Assembly (NCBI RefSeq): GCF_036321535.1
Contig: NC_087437.1
Span: forward strand, 57,724,001-57,788,000
Source: Camelus dromedarius
Lineage: Eukaryota
DNA length: 64,000 nucleotides
Direction: 5' to 3'
Shown here: positions 12,911 through 26,369 of the stretch, piece after piece
How the letters are laid out: each line of letters opens with the position of its first letter
Position numbering within the stretch: position 1 is the first letter of the stretch
Position numbers and translations under genes: made by a program
The notes under the pieces: generated by a model
Told to the model about the DNA's origin: nothing
The model's input: only the letters and a program-made list of their open reading frames with translations
Databases searched by the model: none

Positions 12911-15642
12911 TAAAAATTGAAAGCTCTGAGTTCTGAGAGTTACTAAGAAAGAATATCATATAGAAGATTTTAACATTAAAACAACAACAACAAAAAAAAC
13001 CCCTTTATTTAGCATTTCCCATGGAAGAAAGCCTGTGTTAAGATATTTAAGCTACAAAGATGAACTAGACCAAATGCCACCTTCAAGTCCTGTAGGGTAA
13101 GGGGACAGAAATGCACTTATGACATGGCTATAATGGAAAGACAAGGAATAACTGGGAAGGTGAGAGAGAAGACTGAATCAACTCTACCTTGGGTGTCAGA
13201 GAGAGCTGGGAACACTTTGATGACTATTAGGGTCTTGAGGAGAAAGGAAAACATTAAATCTTTGGTCATACAGGCAAAGAAAAATTTAAAAGCATGCTCC
13301 AATCTTCACTTCCTTGTTTGAACTTCTCTTCCCAAAAGAACCAGCCGCACTAGCCACTTGGGTCACACGAATTTCCTCCTATTCATCTTTAAATTGGGCA
13401 AGAAGAGAGAGTGCTTTCTAAATTCAGAAACCTACCTGGATTCCCAGTCTGAGCTTCACCCAAAGGCTCAGAACTGAGCCAGACGAACGACAGTAAAGCT
13501 CAGAATGTCCACTGAAAGACACTCGGGCCTGCTGGCCTCCTGGCTGGCTACAAACCCCTGCCTTCTCCAGAGCCGAGAAGGATTTTACATCCTGACGTAG
13601 AAGTGAAATAAACCGTATGTGAAAAGAAGGCTTATGGAATGCAAGAATTGACTGACTTGAGTCCTACTTTGGATCTTCAAAGTAATATCTACTTCACATC
13701 ACAAATTAAGACTTCAATCTACTGGTCAGATCCAACCCACGCTTGACCACAGGAGACCGTTTAAGGAGTAGGGTTTCTTCACGTTCCTAGGAGAACTGAA
13801 CGCTTGCCCTGAGCAGCTCTGAAGTATCCACGCAGTCGGAGGGACAACAGCACAGTCACCCAAGCCAGACACGAGCTTTACCTTAGACTTACATCCATCT
13901 TAAACTGCTTAGGCTTAACAATGAATAAATTCATTTCCTGAGAAAAGTACAAACTCACTGATGGGTGGTCCTGATAATGCAAAATGCTGGGCAGAAAACT
14001 AGTTCGAGTACAAGTATGTGTAGGGAGTAAGCGGAAGCTGGACTGTGATAAACTCTGTGTTTCCTGTTCCAATAACCACTCTTACCTCTCCCCAGGTTCG
14101 ACAAGGTCCTTCCCTCCTGCTGTTCTTACATCACTGTCAACATTCCTGTCCCCAAAGGCAAGTTCTGCACGGTTACCATGAAAGCCCTTGCCGAATGGAA
14201 CCACTCTCGGGAGAGAGAACTGGTTCTCTCCTTCCAACCCCTGCAGCCTGTTTACAGTGTTTTCCCCCTCCCACTCTGGGACAGGAGCTTCTCAGCAAAG
14301 TCGACTGGGACTGCAGCAGGAACCTGCAGATTCCTCCAATGAATTTAGGACAGATCCTCAGAGGAGACATTTGCGGACAATTTTGCTTTGGAGCGAGCAG
14401 CAAAAGAAGGGGAAAAAGGGATTTTTAAACCCATAAGAAGTAGCCAATGATATAAAAGTCCCAACCCATCAAAACAGCATCTGTAAAAGCTGCTTTGGGG
14501 GCAGGGGGAGAGGAGTGTCTCTAAACAGATGGTTTGAGCATCAAATGCAAGAAACTGAGGTTTTCTGGATTAAAACTGTTCCACTATTTTATATGTTATA
14601 AATGTTATATAACATATCTGTTATGTCCATATTTTACATGTCTTATATATTTATAATAACAAATGACACACAAATGTGCCGCATGGCCAGTATGACAAAA
14701 CTCAAATGTGAAAAAATAGAAGAATAAAAGACGCATGGATCAGAACTGTGGGGCCCACCATCAAACAAATGTCACACGAACCTACTGTTATTAGACCCCA
14801 AAGCGGACCACATGCCCCACGTCCAGCAAGTGTCAGAAGCTCTTGTATCTCCCTCTGAATCTCCACAGTCATCACTTTACCATGTGCCCCCGACGCTGTG
14901 TTTACAGCAATAGCACGAATCCCTCTGAATATCCAGTCCTCTCCCACTGGATTCTGGGCTCTCTGAATTCAGGGACGGTGCCTTTCAAGGTCTGTGAAAT
15001 CTTTCTCCCACTGTCAGTGACCAGCACAGTGCTCAAAACTGTCTTCTGAAGCTAATATAGAAGGCAGAGGGAACTGGGAAGGAATTTCTTTCTTTCTCTC
15101 CTGAACATTTGAAAAGTATAATTTTTTCTTACCCCTAAAAAATAACCACCTTGCATCTAGACAATGTTATATAGCTGACAATGTCTTTCCCACTGATAAC
15201 TTCTTTCTGATAAAAACACTTAGCGGTCAAGGCAAGGTGTATGAGGCTCAGAGGGACGAGACGAATTTCCCAGAGTCATCTGACTCGAACTGGATAAGAA
15301 GCCGAGTTTTTTAATTCTTGTGCATTTCCAACCACACAGTGCTGCTACTAACCTTCCCTTTCAATCAAAGTACATATATTTATTAAACACTTGGTATGTT
15401 TCAGTTTGTTCTAAGTGACATGGGCCGGGGCAGAGCAGTTAAAAGTCAATGAGCCACAATCTCTGCCTCAGTATGCCATCAGTATGAAAAAATATACACC
15501 TTTAAGGACTCATTTTTTCACAGGTTGAAGCTTACCTGGAAAATGCAATCATGTAAACAATAGGTTATTTCTTTGAATGAACACTGTAAAATATATTTCT
15601 AAATAACAGATGAAGTTTGAATTACATTGGCAAGGACACTTT

Positions 15643-15783
15643 GTTTGTTTGTTTGTTTGTTTTATGAGGGGGAGGTAATTAGGTTTATTCATTTATTTCT
15701 ATTTGGAGGAGATACTGGGGATTGAACCTGGGACCTCATGTGTGCTAAGCATGCGCTCTACCACTTGAGCTATAACCTCCCCC
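15643..15783 (-). mobile_element. Vic-1-type tRNA-derived SINE
   Basis: The minus strand reads GGGGGAGGTTATAGCTCAAGTGGTAGAGCGCATGCTTAGC...GGTTCAATCCCCAGTA (pol III A and B boxes) with an (AAAC)n tail. The TSD is degenerate: TTGGCAAGGACACTTT / TTGACAGGGACGCTTT. Confidence 0.85.
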
Positions 15784-17741
15784 TTGACAGGGACGCTTTT
15801 AAGAGTTGAAGACATGTTAAAAGTATAACCCACATGCATCTTTCCAATTCACAAAATACAGACCTGATGTCATAAAAATACACAAACTGAATTTTCCTGG
15901 ATCACATTTGCCAAATTTACATTGAAATTGGACATACTGGCACTGTGATACCAAAAATGATCAATATTATAGAATATACCCAAATTCTATTAAATATCCT
16001 AAAGTAAAAGAAAAACAAGCAATTCCTGTGAAGGACTAACAGTGATTAAATTATAGTTTATTTATAAGGAAATTACAAGCTGATGTCAACCAAACCCTAC
16101 CCAATATTTTTATACCAAGTGGTATCTTTTTTCTCAATTTAAAGAAATATTATGTTTTCATCCCTACAATGTATAAAACAGAGATTAACTGAATTCACTT
16201 TCCAACTATCTAACCCTAAATAGAGGCATATGTGAAATGTTTAAAATAAACAATTTTAAAGATCATTGAACAATGAGAGAATGAATGAAATAAAAAACAT
16301 GGCTTTTCCATTTTAAAAATAGAAGAGATATATTTTTAAATTCACTAGTAACCAAAAGAATGCAAATTAAAAAAGATATAATTAACAAATACTGTAATTA
16401 ATAAGAATTCCCAATATTAATAAAATGATGGGAAGATAAATTGCTCTTGACAGAGGCTGTGACACGGATCTGCCTAGTCAAGAAGGCATGACCCAGGTTC
16501 GCTAAGGTGAGCGTTCACTGTCAGGGCATTCAGTACAAAGGCCTCTAACTTGTGATCTAGGAGTTCACAGGGGAAACAGCCTAAAGTAAAGAAAAAAAGA
16601 ACTTTTTTAAGAATTTAATATATAAAGTTGCAAATGATAATATGTATTAATTATCTATTTTTTAATGTAAACAATATAAACGCCCAACCATACAAGAGAC
16701 GCACTTTACAAAACCCACAGTTACAAGGGCTTATGAAAAGCTTGCAGGGCATGAGAAGTGAGACATACGGGCAGTTCGCAAAGACCTGAAATCACGCCCA
16801 GGCTACTGTGTTAAATAAAAAGGGGCCAAACTGCAAGTCTAATAAAGTCCCAAGGTCCACAGGGGGCTGCAACTTCAAAACGACTAGAAAGGAACAGACC
16901 AAAGTGCTGTAAGGCGTTCCGGCTGGATGGCAGACTGCTGTCTTTGCTGCTGTCTTCCTTTTGGAATGAGCATTGATCTCCATGGTGGAAAAGTAAGCCT
17001 TGTTTCCATCAACTGAGACTGCTGGCCACTGTTTTACCTCTGGGGAACGAACCCTTCAAGTTTACCTCGTCACTGAGGAAAGTCAGCATCACCAGTTGTG
17101 CGTCTGATTTCCAACGAACATGAGACATCCTCCTGAGCCAGCATGGTGGGTGACCCACCCCAGCTGGGGGCTCGTTTACTCTCAAAGCTATAGGCAGGAT
17201 GAGGAATCCCGGGAAAGGATGACGAAGAGGGAGAGGGGCCTCGGGGCAGACCTTTAGGCCCCAGCTAGGGCAGCTGCTATTCCTGCGTCTGGTTCTGCTT
17301 CCTTTAGCAAAACGAATCCCTGCTTTCCACGTCTGGTTAGCAGCTCGTTCCGGTGGACTGGGGAGAGGGAGTGTAAGTCTGTCTGAACGTGTCAAGGGCA
17401 GAGCGAGAGGTGTGGAAGAGGAGAGCGCAGGTGCTGAAAGCACCCCTCAGAGGTCTAGCTGTGGAGAAGAGAAGGCCCTGCAGCTGAAAAGAGTACAGCT
17501 TAAGCGCAAAATGAAAATTGTAAAAGTTTCTAGCTCATTTTCATAGCTCTGAGGTTTATGAGAAAAGGCCGAGTCTCCAGTGACTTTTAATCGCGGGTTT
17601 CCTTATTAGAGACCACATATATTATACTTAACACAGTGCATTACAGCTTCTACTGAACATAATACAATAGCATCTCTGTGGATGTTTATTAATGTAAAGT
17701 CCCTTTGGGCCTCTAAGTTCAAACAGATTAAGTCCCACTTA

Positions 17742-18028
17742 GGGAGCATCAACTTCCAGGTATAAGATGAAAAAGTTCTGGGCATCTAATACACAGCACA
17801 ACGATTAGAGTTAAATATACTGTATCATGCACTTGAAAGTTACTGAAAGAGACGATCTTATATGTTCTCACCACACACAAAAAAGGCAATTATGTGACGT
17901 GACGGAGATGTTAGCTAATCCTATGGTGCTAATCACTTTGCAATACAAAGTGTATCAAATCAACACATCGTACACCTTAAACTTACACAACAGCATGTCA
18001 CTTACATCTCAATAAAGCCAGAATTAAA
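17742..18028 (+). mobile_element. L1MA-type 3' end
   Basis: It contains a typical L1MA 3' UTR ending in AATAAAG. The flanking repeats are AAGTCCCACTTA (17730) and AAGTCCCAATTA (18029). Confidence 0.75.
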
Positions 18029-18399
18029 AAGTCCCAATTATTCACTAAAGGTGATGGGAGAATTTTTACATTGCAGAACTTTCTGTTTAAGTAAATGCAA
18101 GTTACCTGGTTAAGGAGTTACAAAAGTTCTCTGATGTGTGAGTCCACTGAAAAACTTAACTTCTCAAAGAAGTACTCAAGCATGGCAACAGTGAAAGACT
18201 TAAATATCTTCCCAAATTTTAAAACATGTCATACAAATAATACCACCGATACAGACAGAAGCTGAGAATTAATTATTCTCACTGTCTCATGAGGACACGT
18301 GAGATTCTATGACAATATGGATAAAATAAACCCAAGATGCTGCCCACACTCAGAACCTGTCACAGCAGTCTTCGCTAGGGTGTTTCAGTTTGATGCACC

Positions 18400-18950
18400 G
18401 TATGGAAAAAACTTAATAAAACATGCCTGAGGCTACTGTCCCTGGAAAGGCTGGCTTGCAAGGCTGGCCCTCGGCTGGCACCCGGGAACCTGGCTTTGGA
18501 GTGTCCCCTCCATTTTCTAACTGATAAAGGTGGTTGACTGCACAGACAGTTTATACAAATAACGTTTTTTATGTCGAACACCCCCCGCCTTCCCGCAGTC
18601 TAGAATGTCGGTCACTGCTGGGCAGAGGGGGCCCATGGGACCAGTCCCACAATACAGTCCTGCGCACACGAATGGACTTCTCTGGGCAGAAGCATGGCAC
18701 CGTGGTACCGCACTTGTCTCTGCGGGAGCTTCTTGCACACTGGTGCTCCCACAGAGGGGAGAAGTCACACTGGAGCCTGGGTGTGGATTTCTACGGACTC
18801 TCCCCCCCCACCCCCATCTTTTCCCCCTTTGATTCCACTGTGTGTCCTTTCCCTGCAGTAGACAGTGGTAGTGAGGACGATTTGCGGAGCCCTGTGTTTT
18901 TCTGGCAAATCACAGACCATGTGGGTCGTCCAGAGGATCCCTGAAACCCG
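18400..18950 (+). mobile_element. MER68/MER77-like ERVL solo LTR
   Basis: 'gcctgaggctactgtccctggaaaggctggcttgcaaggctggccctcggctggca...ctaactgataa' through 'ggatccctgaaac' follows the MER68/77 layout. The ORFs here are spurious. Confidence 0.7.
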
Positions 18951-19811
18951 CACTTGAATACACACACGTCCACCCAGAGACAAAGTGAAGCCTTAATAAG
19001 TTCATGGTGGCCCAGAACCAGAGCACCACACACCAAGGATGGCCACACAGCAGGAGACCAAACATTACTTGGGTTACCGAAGCTTCCTCCCTCCACGGGA
19101 AGGACGGCGGCCCCACAGTGCTTCCATGTCATCGGATGAATTTCCACCTCACCTCCATTCAGTCCCTGAGTACAATCAAATAATTGGCATGTTTACCATG
19201 CTTTATAGTTCACAATCAATTTTATCTTAATTTTCTTAGTTAATCCTCACTGAAATTCCTCTGAGGAAGGTATATCCTATTATATATAGATGAGGAGACG
19301 GCAGACCAGAGGAAGGAAATCAGTGCGTTTCTCGGGTTCTAATACATAGAATGTGACGGAGCTGAAATCAGGCCCAGTGCTCCAAATCCTTGGCTCTGGC
19401 CTCCTTTGTCAGGAGCTCCTCAAGTGCAGTTTGTACGTGGACCCTTATACCAGCAAAGTTGCATTAGACCCCAGTGAAATGAGAGAAAAATAAAGATGTT
19501 ACGTTAAAAAAAAATTGCGATATATTCTCAGCTAGTTATGTTCTGCCTTTTCAGGGTTGCTAGAAACGTGTACAAATAACAGACAGTGGCTGTTTCCAGT
19601 CACATTTTTTAGGTTTTTGCCTATTTGTAATGTCTTCATAGAGCAAAATAAAAAGAAGGCAATTCTATATAGACCTGACCCAAAAATATTTTAGAATTTT
19701 TTCAGTTACTTAGATTTCAAAGTCTTGGAATCTTTCCCCCTGCCCTGTCATATATGCCTAACAAGTTAATTCCAACTGCACTGGCCCGCGTTCCGCTTCC
19801 AGCATTACCAC

Positions 19812-20300
19812 TGTCGACTGAAATAAATGTGCAGCCTACAAGTTGAGAGTTATGTTTTATTTGGCGGGAGGACTCGAGCCGGGATGACAGCCTCTCAGAT
19901 GGCTCTGAGAAACTGCTCCCAAGAGGTAGGGGAGGAGCTAGGATATATACGAGTTTTACAACAAAGATCAGGTAGTCAGAACAATAAAAGATTACTTGTT
20001 AACTGAATAAAACCAGGCATCTTAAGTTAAAGTATTTAGTGCTTTTCTATGTATGGGAGGAAGCAAACATTTGGGCTCATTGAATTCATTCCTTTGACAA
20101 GCACTTAGCTATCTAGGGCCAGTATCCTGTCCTTTCTTATTCTGAGTCCCCTCGGGCTGTAGGCTGGTCTTCACTGTGGGGGGTGTGCAGCGGCTGATGA
20201 CTTGATGGCTTCAGCATTCTTTGTTTTGGGTTTCGTTTTTTTTTTTTTTTTTTTAACATTCTCTGTTTACTGATATGGTTTGTAGTATTTTTCGTTCACA
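19812..20300 (-). mobile_element. MER41-like ERV1 solo LTR, full length
   Basis: It has TG...CA termini and a perfect 4-bp TSD CCAC (19808-19811 / 20301-20304). The internal 'cagcctctcagatggctctgagaaactgctcccaagagg' is MER41-like. Confidence 0.75.
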
Positions 20301-21189
20301 CCACTGATACTAAGTATCACAGGGCAAGTCACCGCCCCTCTTCACCCTCTTCAGGCATCAATTTCCTTATTAATAAAGGGGTTCACTTAAGTGAATTCTG
20401 AGGATCTTCCTCCTCTAGAAGTCTGTGATCGTGCAATTCCTTGATCTGTTTTGTTTCCTGGCCCTACAGTACCTAGAGTCAGCCACAGGGTGGCAGCAGA
20501 GTACTACTTTAGCAAGATGGAAAGCATGGTGGGTGAGGGTGCTCAGAGCACTGTACTGAAAAGAAGGAAACACGAAAGGTTCTGTTGCGATTACGTACCT
20601 TTGTTCACTGGGAAGCCTTCCCCTGTCAGCTGCCTCCCACACGCTGTGTCAGGCAACACAGCTGCATCCACAGAGAAGAAGGTCTCTTTTTTAATTTAAA
20701 AGAGGACTGCATGGCTGTAAAGTCAGCAGTGGAAAGATGATTGTAAATGCACAGAAACAGAAGCAAAAAAGGCCTTTAAGATCGTGTACTTTTCTAAAAG
20801 ATAGGTACATGGTGCGCATGCCCAGTGCTCACTGCTGGGTAATGGCAGAGCCAGAACTAGAAACTGGCTCTTCTGACCCCCAGGCCAGTATCCTAGACTT
20901 AACACACAGCAAAAGTCTCAGAAAATGCATTCGAACTGAAAATTCGAAGAGCTTCTCAGAGAACTTCTGTGACTTCAGCCTTCTGGATGTGGGTTGCACT
21001 GGGGACACCAAGTACAAGAGGCCCATTCTGGAGAGCGGGCAAATCCTGACACAGAGATTCAAACAGCCCCTCTTACATGAGTGTACGGGAGACATGGGTC
21101 CTGTGGCTGCACAGGTCACGCCCTCCTGCCTGTGGTTCCAGGACTAGATATATCTACATATCTATATAGATATACAGATATACATACAT

Positions 21190-22370
21190 ATTGCTTTTAT
21201 TTTGAGCTAATTTTAGGTTTATAAAAAAGTTTAAAAATTAGCAGAGTTCCTATACACATTTCACCCAGCTTCTCCTCATGTTACGTACCGACTTACATAA
21301 CCACAGTACAATTGCCAAAGCCAACAAATTAACACGGATGCCATATTACACACTAAGCTACAGACCTTATTCCAATTCTACCCACGAATGCCTTTTGTCT
21401 CTTCCAGAATCCTGTTTAGGATCCCAAATGCATTTTTAAATTTTGTTTCATTTTTGTACAATTTTAAAGGTTACTTTCCATTTACAATTTTTAAGAGATG
21501 GTGGCTATGTTCCCCATGTTATACGATTCATCCTTGAGCCCATTTTACACCCAATAGTTTGTACCACCTACTCGCCAACCCTGACAGCGCCCCTCCCCGG
21601 CCACTGGTAACCCACCACTAGTTTGTTCTCTTTATCTGTGAGTCTGTTTCTTTTTTGTTACATATGCACTAGTTTGTGGTATTTTTTTGGATTCCACATA
21701 TAAGTGATGTCATACAGTATTTGTCTTTCTCTGTCTGGCTTATTTCACTTAGCTTTTATTTGATCATTTATTTATATCCGTATGGACTGATGGATGTTTA
21801 TTTTACCTTATGGATTGAAATCTAATACTATCATTATTTATTTTCTTGCTCAAATTGTCCCAGTGTTGACCAGTAGTGCCCCTTCAGGTTGGCCCCTGTG
21901 CTCTTCCGACAAGCCTTCATCCTGTTTTGAGCACTTCCGTATCTTCTGGTATCACAAGACGTCCCAGGCTCATCTTAGACTCTGCCTGCTCCAGCCCTGA
22001 AACCAAACACTCCTCCAAAGTGTCTTGGCTCTTTTCATTGGAGAACGTTTTTGAGGAACTAAGATCTGGGCGCTAAGCAGGCTCATTGCAGCCAAAATGC
22101 CTTTGTCTCTAGAACCAGTTACTCAGCAGGCCTAGGAAACATGTGCACGTTTACTAAGGAATGAATATTTACACTTCTGTACTTCTCTATCTACAGTATG
22201 TACAGTAAATACTATGAGTTCCTATGGACGCCTTTAAGTCCAACTGAACACCACAGGTGCATGTTAGCCTCCCTTCTCCAGTGACGAGAGGCCTGGCTGT
22301 CAGAGGGCAATCAACCACAGAGCCTGGCCTCCGCCAACCACCTGCTCAGCCAAGAGCAGGTATGTGTTTA
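21190..22370 (-). mobile_element. Old L1MC-type element, interrupted by a younger L1
   Basis: L1MC-like 3' UTR motifs lie on both sides of 21440-21753: 'ttcacccagcttctcctcatgtta...cataaccacagtacaatt' and 'ttgctcaaattgtcccag'. Confidence 0.6.
21440..21753 (-). mobile_element. Artiodactyl-type L1 3' end
   Basis: It contains 'gattccacatataagtgatgtcatacagtatttgtctttctctgtctggcttatttcacttagc'. It is the same family as 60271-60647. Confidence 0.8.
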
Positions 22371-25300
22371 CAAACTGTGTAGAACTGCATACGATGGAAA
22401 CTAGGCTAAGTGAAATTAAGTCAGTGAATGCCTTATGACTCAGAGAATCCATCCTGTGCCATGTAACCGGGTCTATAAAAGAACATGTGTAATAATGGTC
22501 ACAGCAGTGTTGCTTGGAGCTGCCAGAACTGAGGACAACCTAGGTGTCCATCACTGGGATGGAAAAGGAAATCAAACTGGTACAAAGAGGGGGCTACTGT
22601 GCAATAAACTAGGCCTGCCCACAGCAACAGGGACAGACCTCGATCACAGTGCTGAATGAAAAATCAGAAGGAAATAAATAACAATAGCATTTATGTAAAT
22701 TAAAGATACACACCTACATAAACATTATACATGTTAATAAATACATGTATATATTTTGCATATATCAGATCCTACATATCATGGTGGGAAGGGGAATGGG
22801 AGTGGGAACTGGATATAAAGGGAAAAAAGTGTTTTAGGATCAAATAGAATGAAAGATGCATTTTCACTGAACCAGGATGATAATGTTCAATGAACTGAAG
22901 GGTGTAATTAATTCTAATTTTCTCACATGAGGTAAAAATAAAAACAAGCAATGTATAAGAAGTCAGTGAGATCATCAAAAGGCCAAAAAAATAAATTATT
23001 TTATTTGAAAATAAATTTTTGGTCGTATTAAATTTATTGTCAATCAAAGCCTCGAAAAGCTACAGGGTAAAAGCTACAGGGTAAGATTTTTTTTTTAATT
23101 CAGCACTGAAGACACACTAACTCAAAATGGCACGTGAGAAATGTATCGATGCATCACGATGCTCTGAGAATCCCACATTAGCTCTATGAAACAGCATGAG
23201 TGCAGTGGAGTTTGGTTAACTGCCATGAGCTTTCATCATTATCAGAGGGCAGCTAACGTTCCTCGAGGCTCTGGGAGGTCAGCTTCCTTCCACAAGAGAA
23301 AATGAAACTCCTTTCCCCATGTTCATCTCACTGCAGCCTCTGTGGCCTTTTCTCTGTCCTTTGGACAAACGAAGCCTCTTATCTTTGCACGTTTGCTGCA
23401 ACCGACGGTTCCCCCCGGACTACTCAGCCTCCGAGTGCTCACCATCACAGGCTTCGCGTCCAATGGTGCTTCTCCCCAGATGCTGCTTGACCCCCTCTGA
23501 ACTACCGCTCCCCACACTTCCTATGCCCATGCTGCTTTACTTGGCTTGTGTTCTCACTTAGGGTCTTTTATTCGGCATGACTGTTTTCACCCTCTCCCCG
23601 CTAGAATGTATGGCCCTTGACACTCTCTCACTGTCACACTGTCAGGTCCAGGAGCTGTCTAGCAAGGACTGGATATTTCATAAACGCTTTGCTCAAATTG
23701 CAGAGACACCCTCCCACCGGGAAGGTTTCACTCAGATGCGCAGTTTCCATCTGGGGGGCAGACCTTGCCCGGAGCCCCTGCCTCTGCTTCCAGCTACAGG
23801 AGCCTGGTAGTGATGTGACTAGGATACTCAACACTGAGAGATTATTTTTTTAAAATTTCCCTCCAATATGCCACAAAATTATTTCTAGCAGTAATAACAG
23901 AAAAAAATTGCAAATGGCAAAAAATATTTTTATTGACAATAAAAAATACGATAGAAATAAAATAATTACATTAATGCACTTTTTTAAAAAGGGAAAAATA
24001 TACACCACAGTTTGTATTCTATTTCACTATTTTAAATTTCAGACACAAAAATTTCCTAAGAGGTGACAGAATTGTAACTTCAGTTTTTGTCCATCAAACG
24101 CCATGTTACTATTATTTCAAATCCACTCATTAGATCCAGGAATACACAGACACACAGCACCCAACCCAGCTGCTGGACTCTGAACCTTACTCTCAAAATG
24201 ATTATGTGCAGCTGAGGTAAAATGTACTGAAGACACACTGTATTACTGAGAGGTTTCCAGATTAATATCCAAATAGAATACAGCATTTTAAAGGATAAGT
24301 AATTTCAAAATGTGCTAACTTCAAGCCTATGTATATATTCTTAAACTCAGCACTAAGCCACTGCAGCAGACTTTTTCTTTTAGAGGAGGAGTATGTTATC
24401 ACTCGTGCTATTTAGAATTGCCTGCACACACTGATAATCAAATGCATGTGGATTTTCACTTGGACTTATTTGTGCTTTTAAATCTTCTATAGACATCGCA
24501 CCCCCTGCTGCCTGTACTGGGGTGGGCCTCCCCATCACCCCCTCTCTCTGTACCACTGTGTCGCCTCAGATAGTTAGAATGAAACGCCCTGTCTCCTTTG
24601 ACAACACTTTCCCTTTCACATGGAGCCCAGACGCCATTCCACATTGTTCCCTGGCTTTTTCTGCCTCTGATTTCTTTCATCTCCTAGAGTCCCAAGATCC
24701 CCGAAGGCCCACAGCTCAACAGTCTCCAAAATAAAACCTTGAAGACATAATCTCCCAGAAACTTCCCAACGGCCAATAACCTAAAACTGCTAAAGACTGT
24801 CCAGCTGCTCCAAGAAGAGGGAGAAGAGGGGAGGGGAAGTAATTAACACTGTCTTTGCTCCAGGAAGGGAAATAACCTCATTTTCTCTAATTCTCTTGAT
24901 CTCATCTGTTTGGCTCCTCAGCCCTGATTCCTCACCTCCTTTTACTATCTGTCCTTGATTCCCCGCAAGGGTATTGAGAGCAAATAGACAAACAACCCTA
25001 TGACTTCCAGTTTGTGCTCGCTATTCCCACCACTTGGTCCTTCCTAAGCAGAAATTCAGTTTCTACCTACATTTTTCCTATTCGTTGTTCACAGTTCTGT
25101 TCGACTGCCGCTTGCTCCGGGAAGTCTCTCCCTGTCTCCAGGCCTGCCGTCTCTGGCCAGGACCCACAGGGATTTACTTATTCTCTCTGATGCTATTTCT
25201 GTACTTGAAGATTTTTCTGTAATTTACATGCTTTTCACGCTCCCCACTGTGACTTCTCGGAGTGCAGAACCTACGAGTTCACTCATCTGTGTAATCCCAA

Positions 25301-25769
25301 CTCTTACTATGGGTTCAGTAAATGAATAAACGTTTGACTGAACAGAGGAAACTGAGGACCCCAGGTATGTTATGGGGCCAAATGAAACTTGGCATTAGAG
25401 AGAAATTCTCTTCAAGCCTCTGAGGTCTGACTTAACCTTGGGAACGGCCGAGACTGCCTTCTGCATGCTTTTACTAATTTACTCCCCTATCTACTTCCAA
25501 CATGTTTTTTAGACCAGCTGATGTAACTAGAAATTCCTTATCACAAGGAGATGATGATTAGAAGGTAACCAAAGGCACAGTGGTCATCAAAGCCACGTAA
25601 AGGAGGGAATCCAGGATGTTAAGCAGAGAGGTGACATGGGGAGCCTGACTGCACACTGTCCAATCTCCACCTACTCAAAAGAAAAGTGATGGTAATTATT
25701 TACCACTACTTTATTTTTTCAAACACATACCAAATGCCTAAGGGTGAAAACCCAATATTGCTTTGTGAA

Positions 25770-26206
25770 GTACATTAGTCCTGTCCTCAAAAATTTGTTC
25801 CGTCTCTACTCATTGTCCTGTGACTTGTCACACACTCTACGGAAAAAGACCACACTCCTACCTCATTGATTGTTGGGCTTGGCCATGTGACATGCGTTGG
25901 CCAAAAGGACTGTGTGAGCAGATGTTTGCTATGATTAGGCAAAAGTTTTCAACAGAAAGCATGGTTTGGCCCCCACTTTCTTGCTCTTGCCCTCCACCAT
26001 GAGACTATTGCGTCTCCAACAGGGGTTACACACGCAGCATGTGTTCCAGAACAAAAAGACACATGGAACAGAGCCATGCTGACTCCAGGACTCATGAGCT
26101 ACAGCACTCACAGAATGCAAGTATGAATTAAATACTTCCTGTTGTAAGCCACTGAGGTCTGCGGTCATTTGTTACACAGCACATGGAAGAAAACCCAGCT
26201 AATACA
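25770..26206 (+). mobile_element. MLT1 (H/I/J-like) MaLR LTR
   Basis: It contains 'ttgggcttggccatgtgac...ttggccaa' and ends 'gttgtaagccactgagg...ttgttacacagca...gctaataca'. Confidence 0.7.
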
Positions 26207-26369
26207 TATTTGTTTTTAATTTAAGAGTAGGGAACATATCATATGTCTTTCTTATGATCTGGCACACAAAAAGTACTAAATAAATATTTTTGAATGAATA
26301 TAACTCTGCAATAAGGTAAAACAGGTTTTGTTTAATTCTGTAGAAATTAAAACTTTAAAAACTAGTTTC

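Noticed and set aside
17009..17443. 144-aa minus-strand ORF downstream of a good acceptor
   Set aside because: It has a non-ATG start and no recognisable homology. It is retained only as a possible non-coding exon.
18517..19230. Dense cluster of overlapping ORFs
   Set aside because: It is explained by a GC-richer MER68/77-like LTR.
21586..21603. CTCF-like CAGCGCCCCTCCCCGGCC
   Set aside because: It has several core mismatches and lies within an L1 3' UTR G-rich tract.
23055..23082. 14-bp tandem duplication AAAAGCTACAGGGT x2
   Set aside because: It is an ordinary slippage duplication with no spacers, so it is not CRISPR-like.
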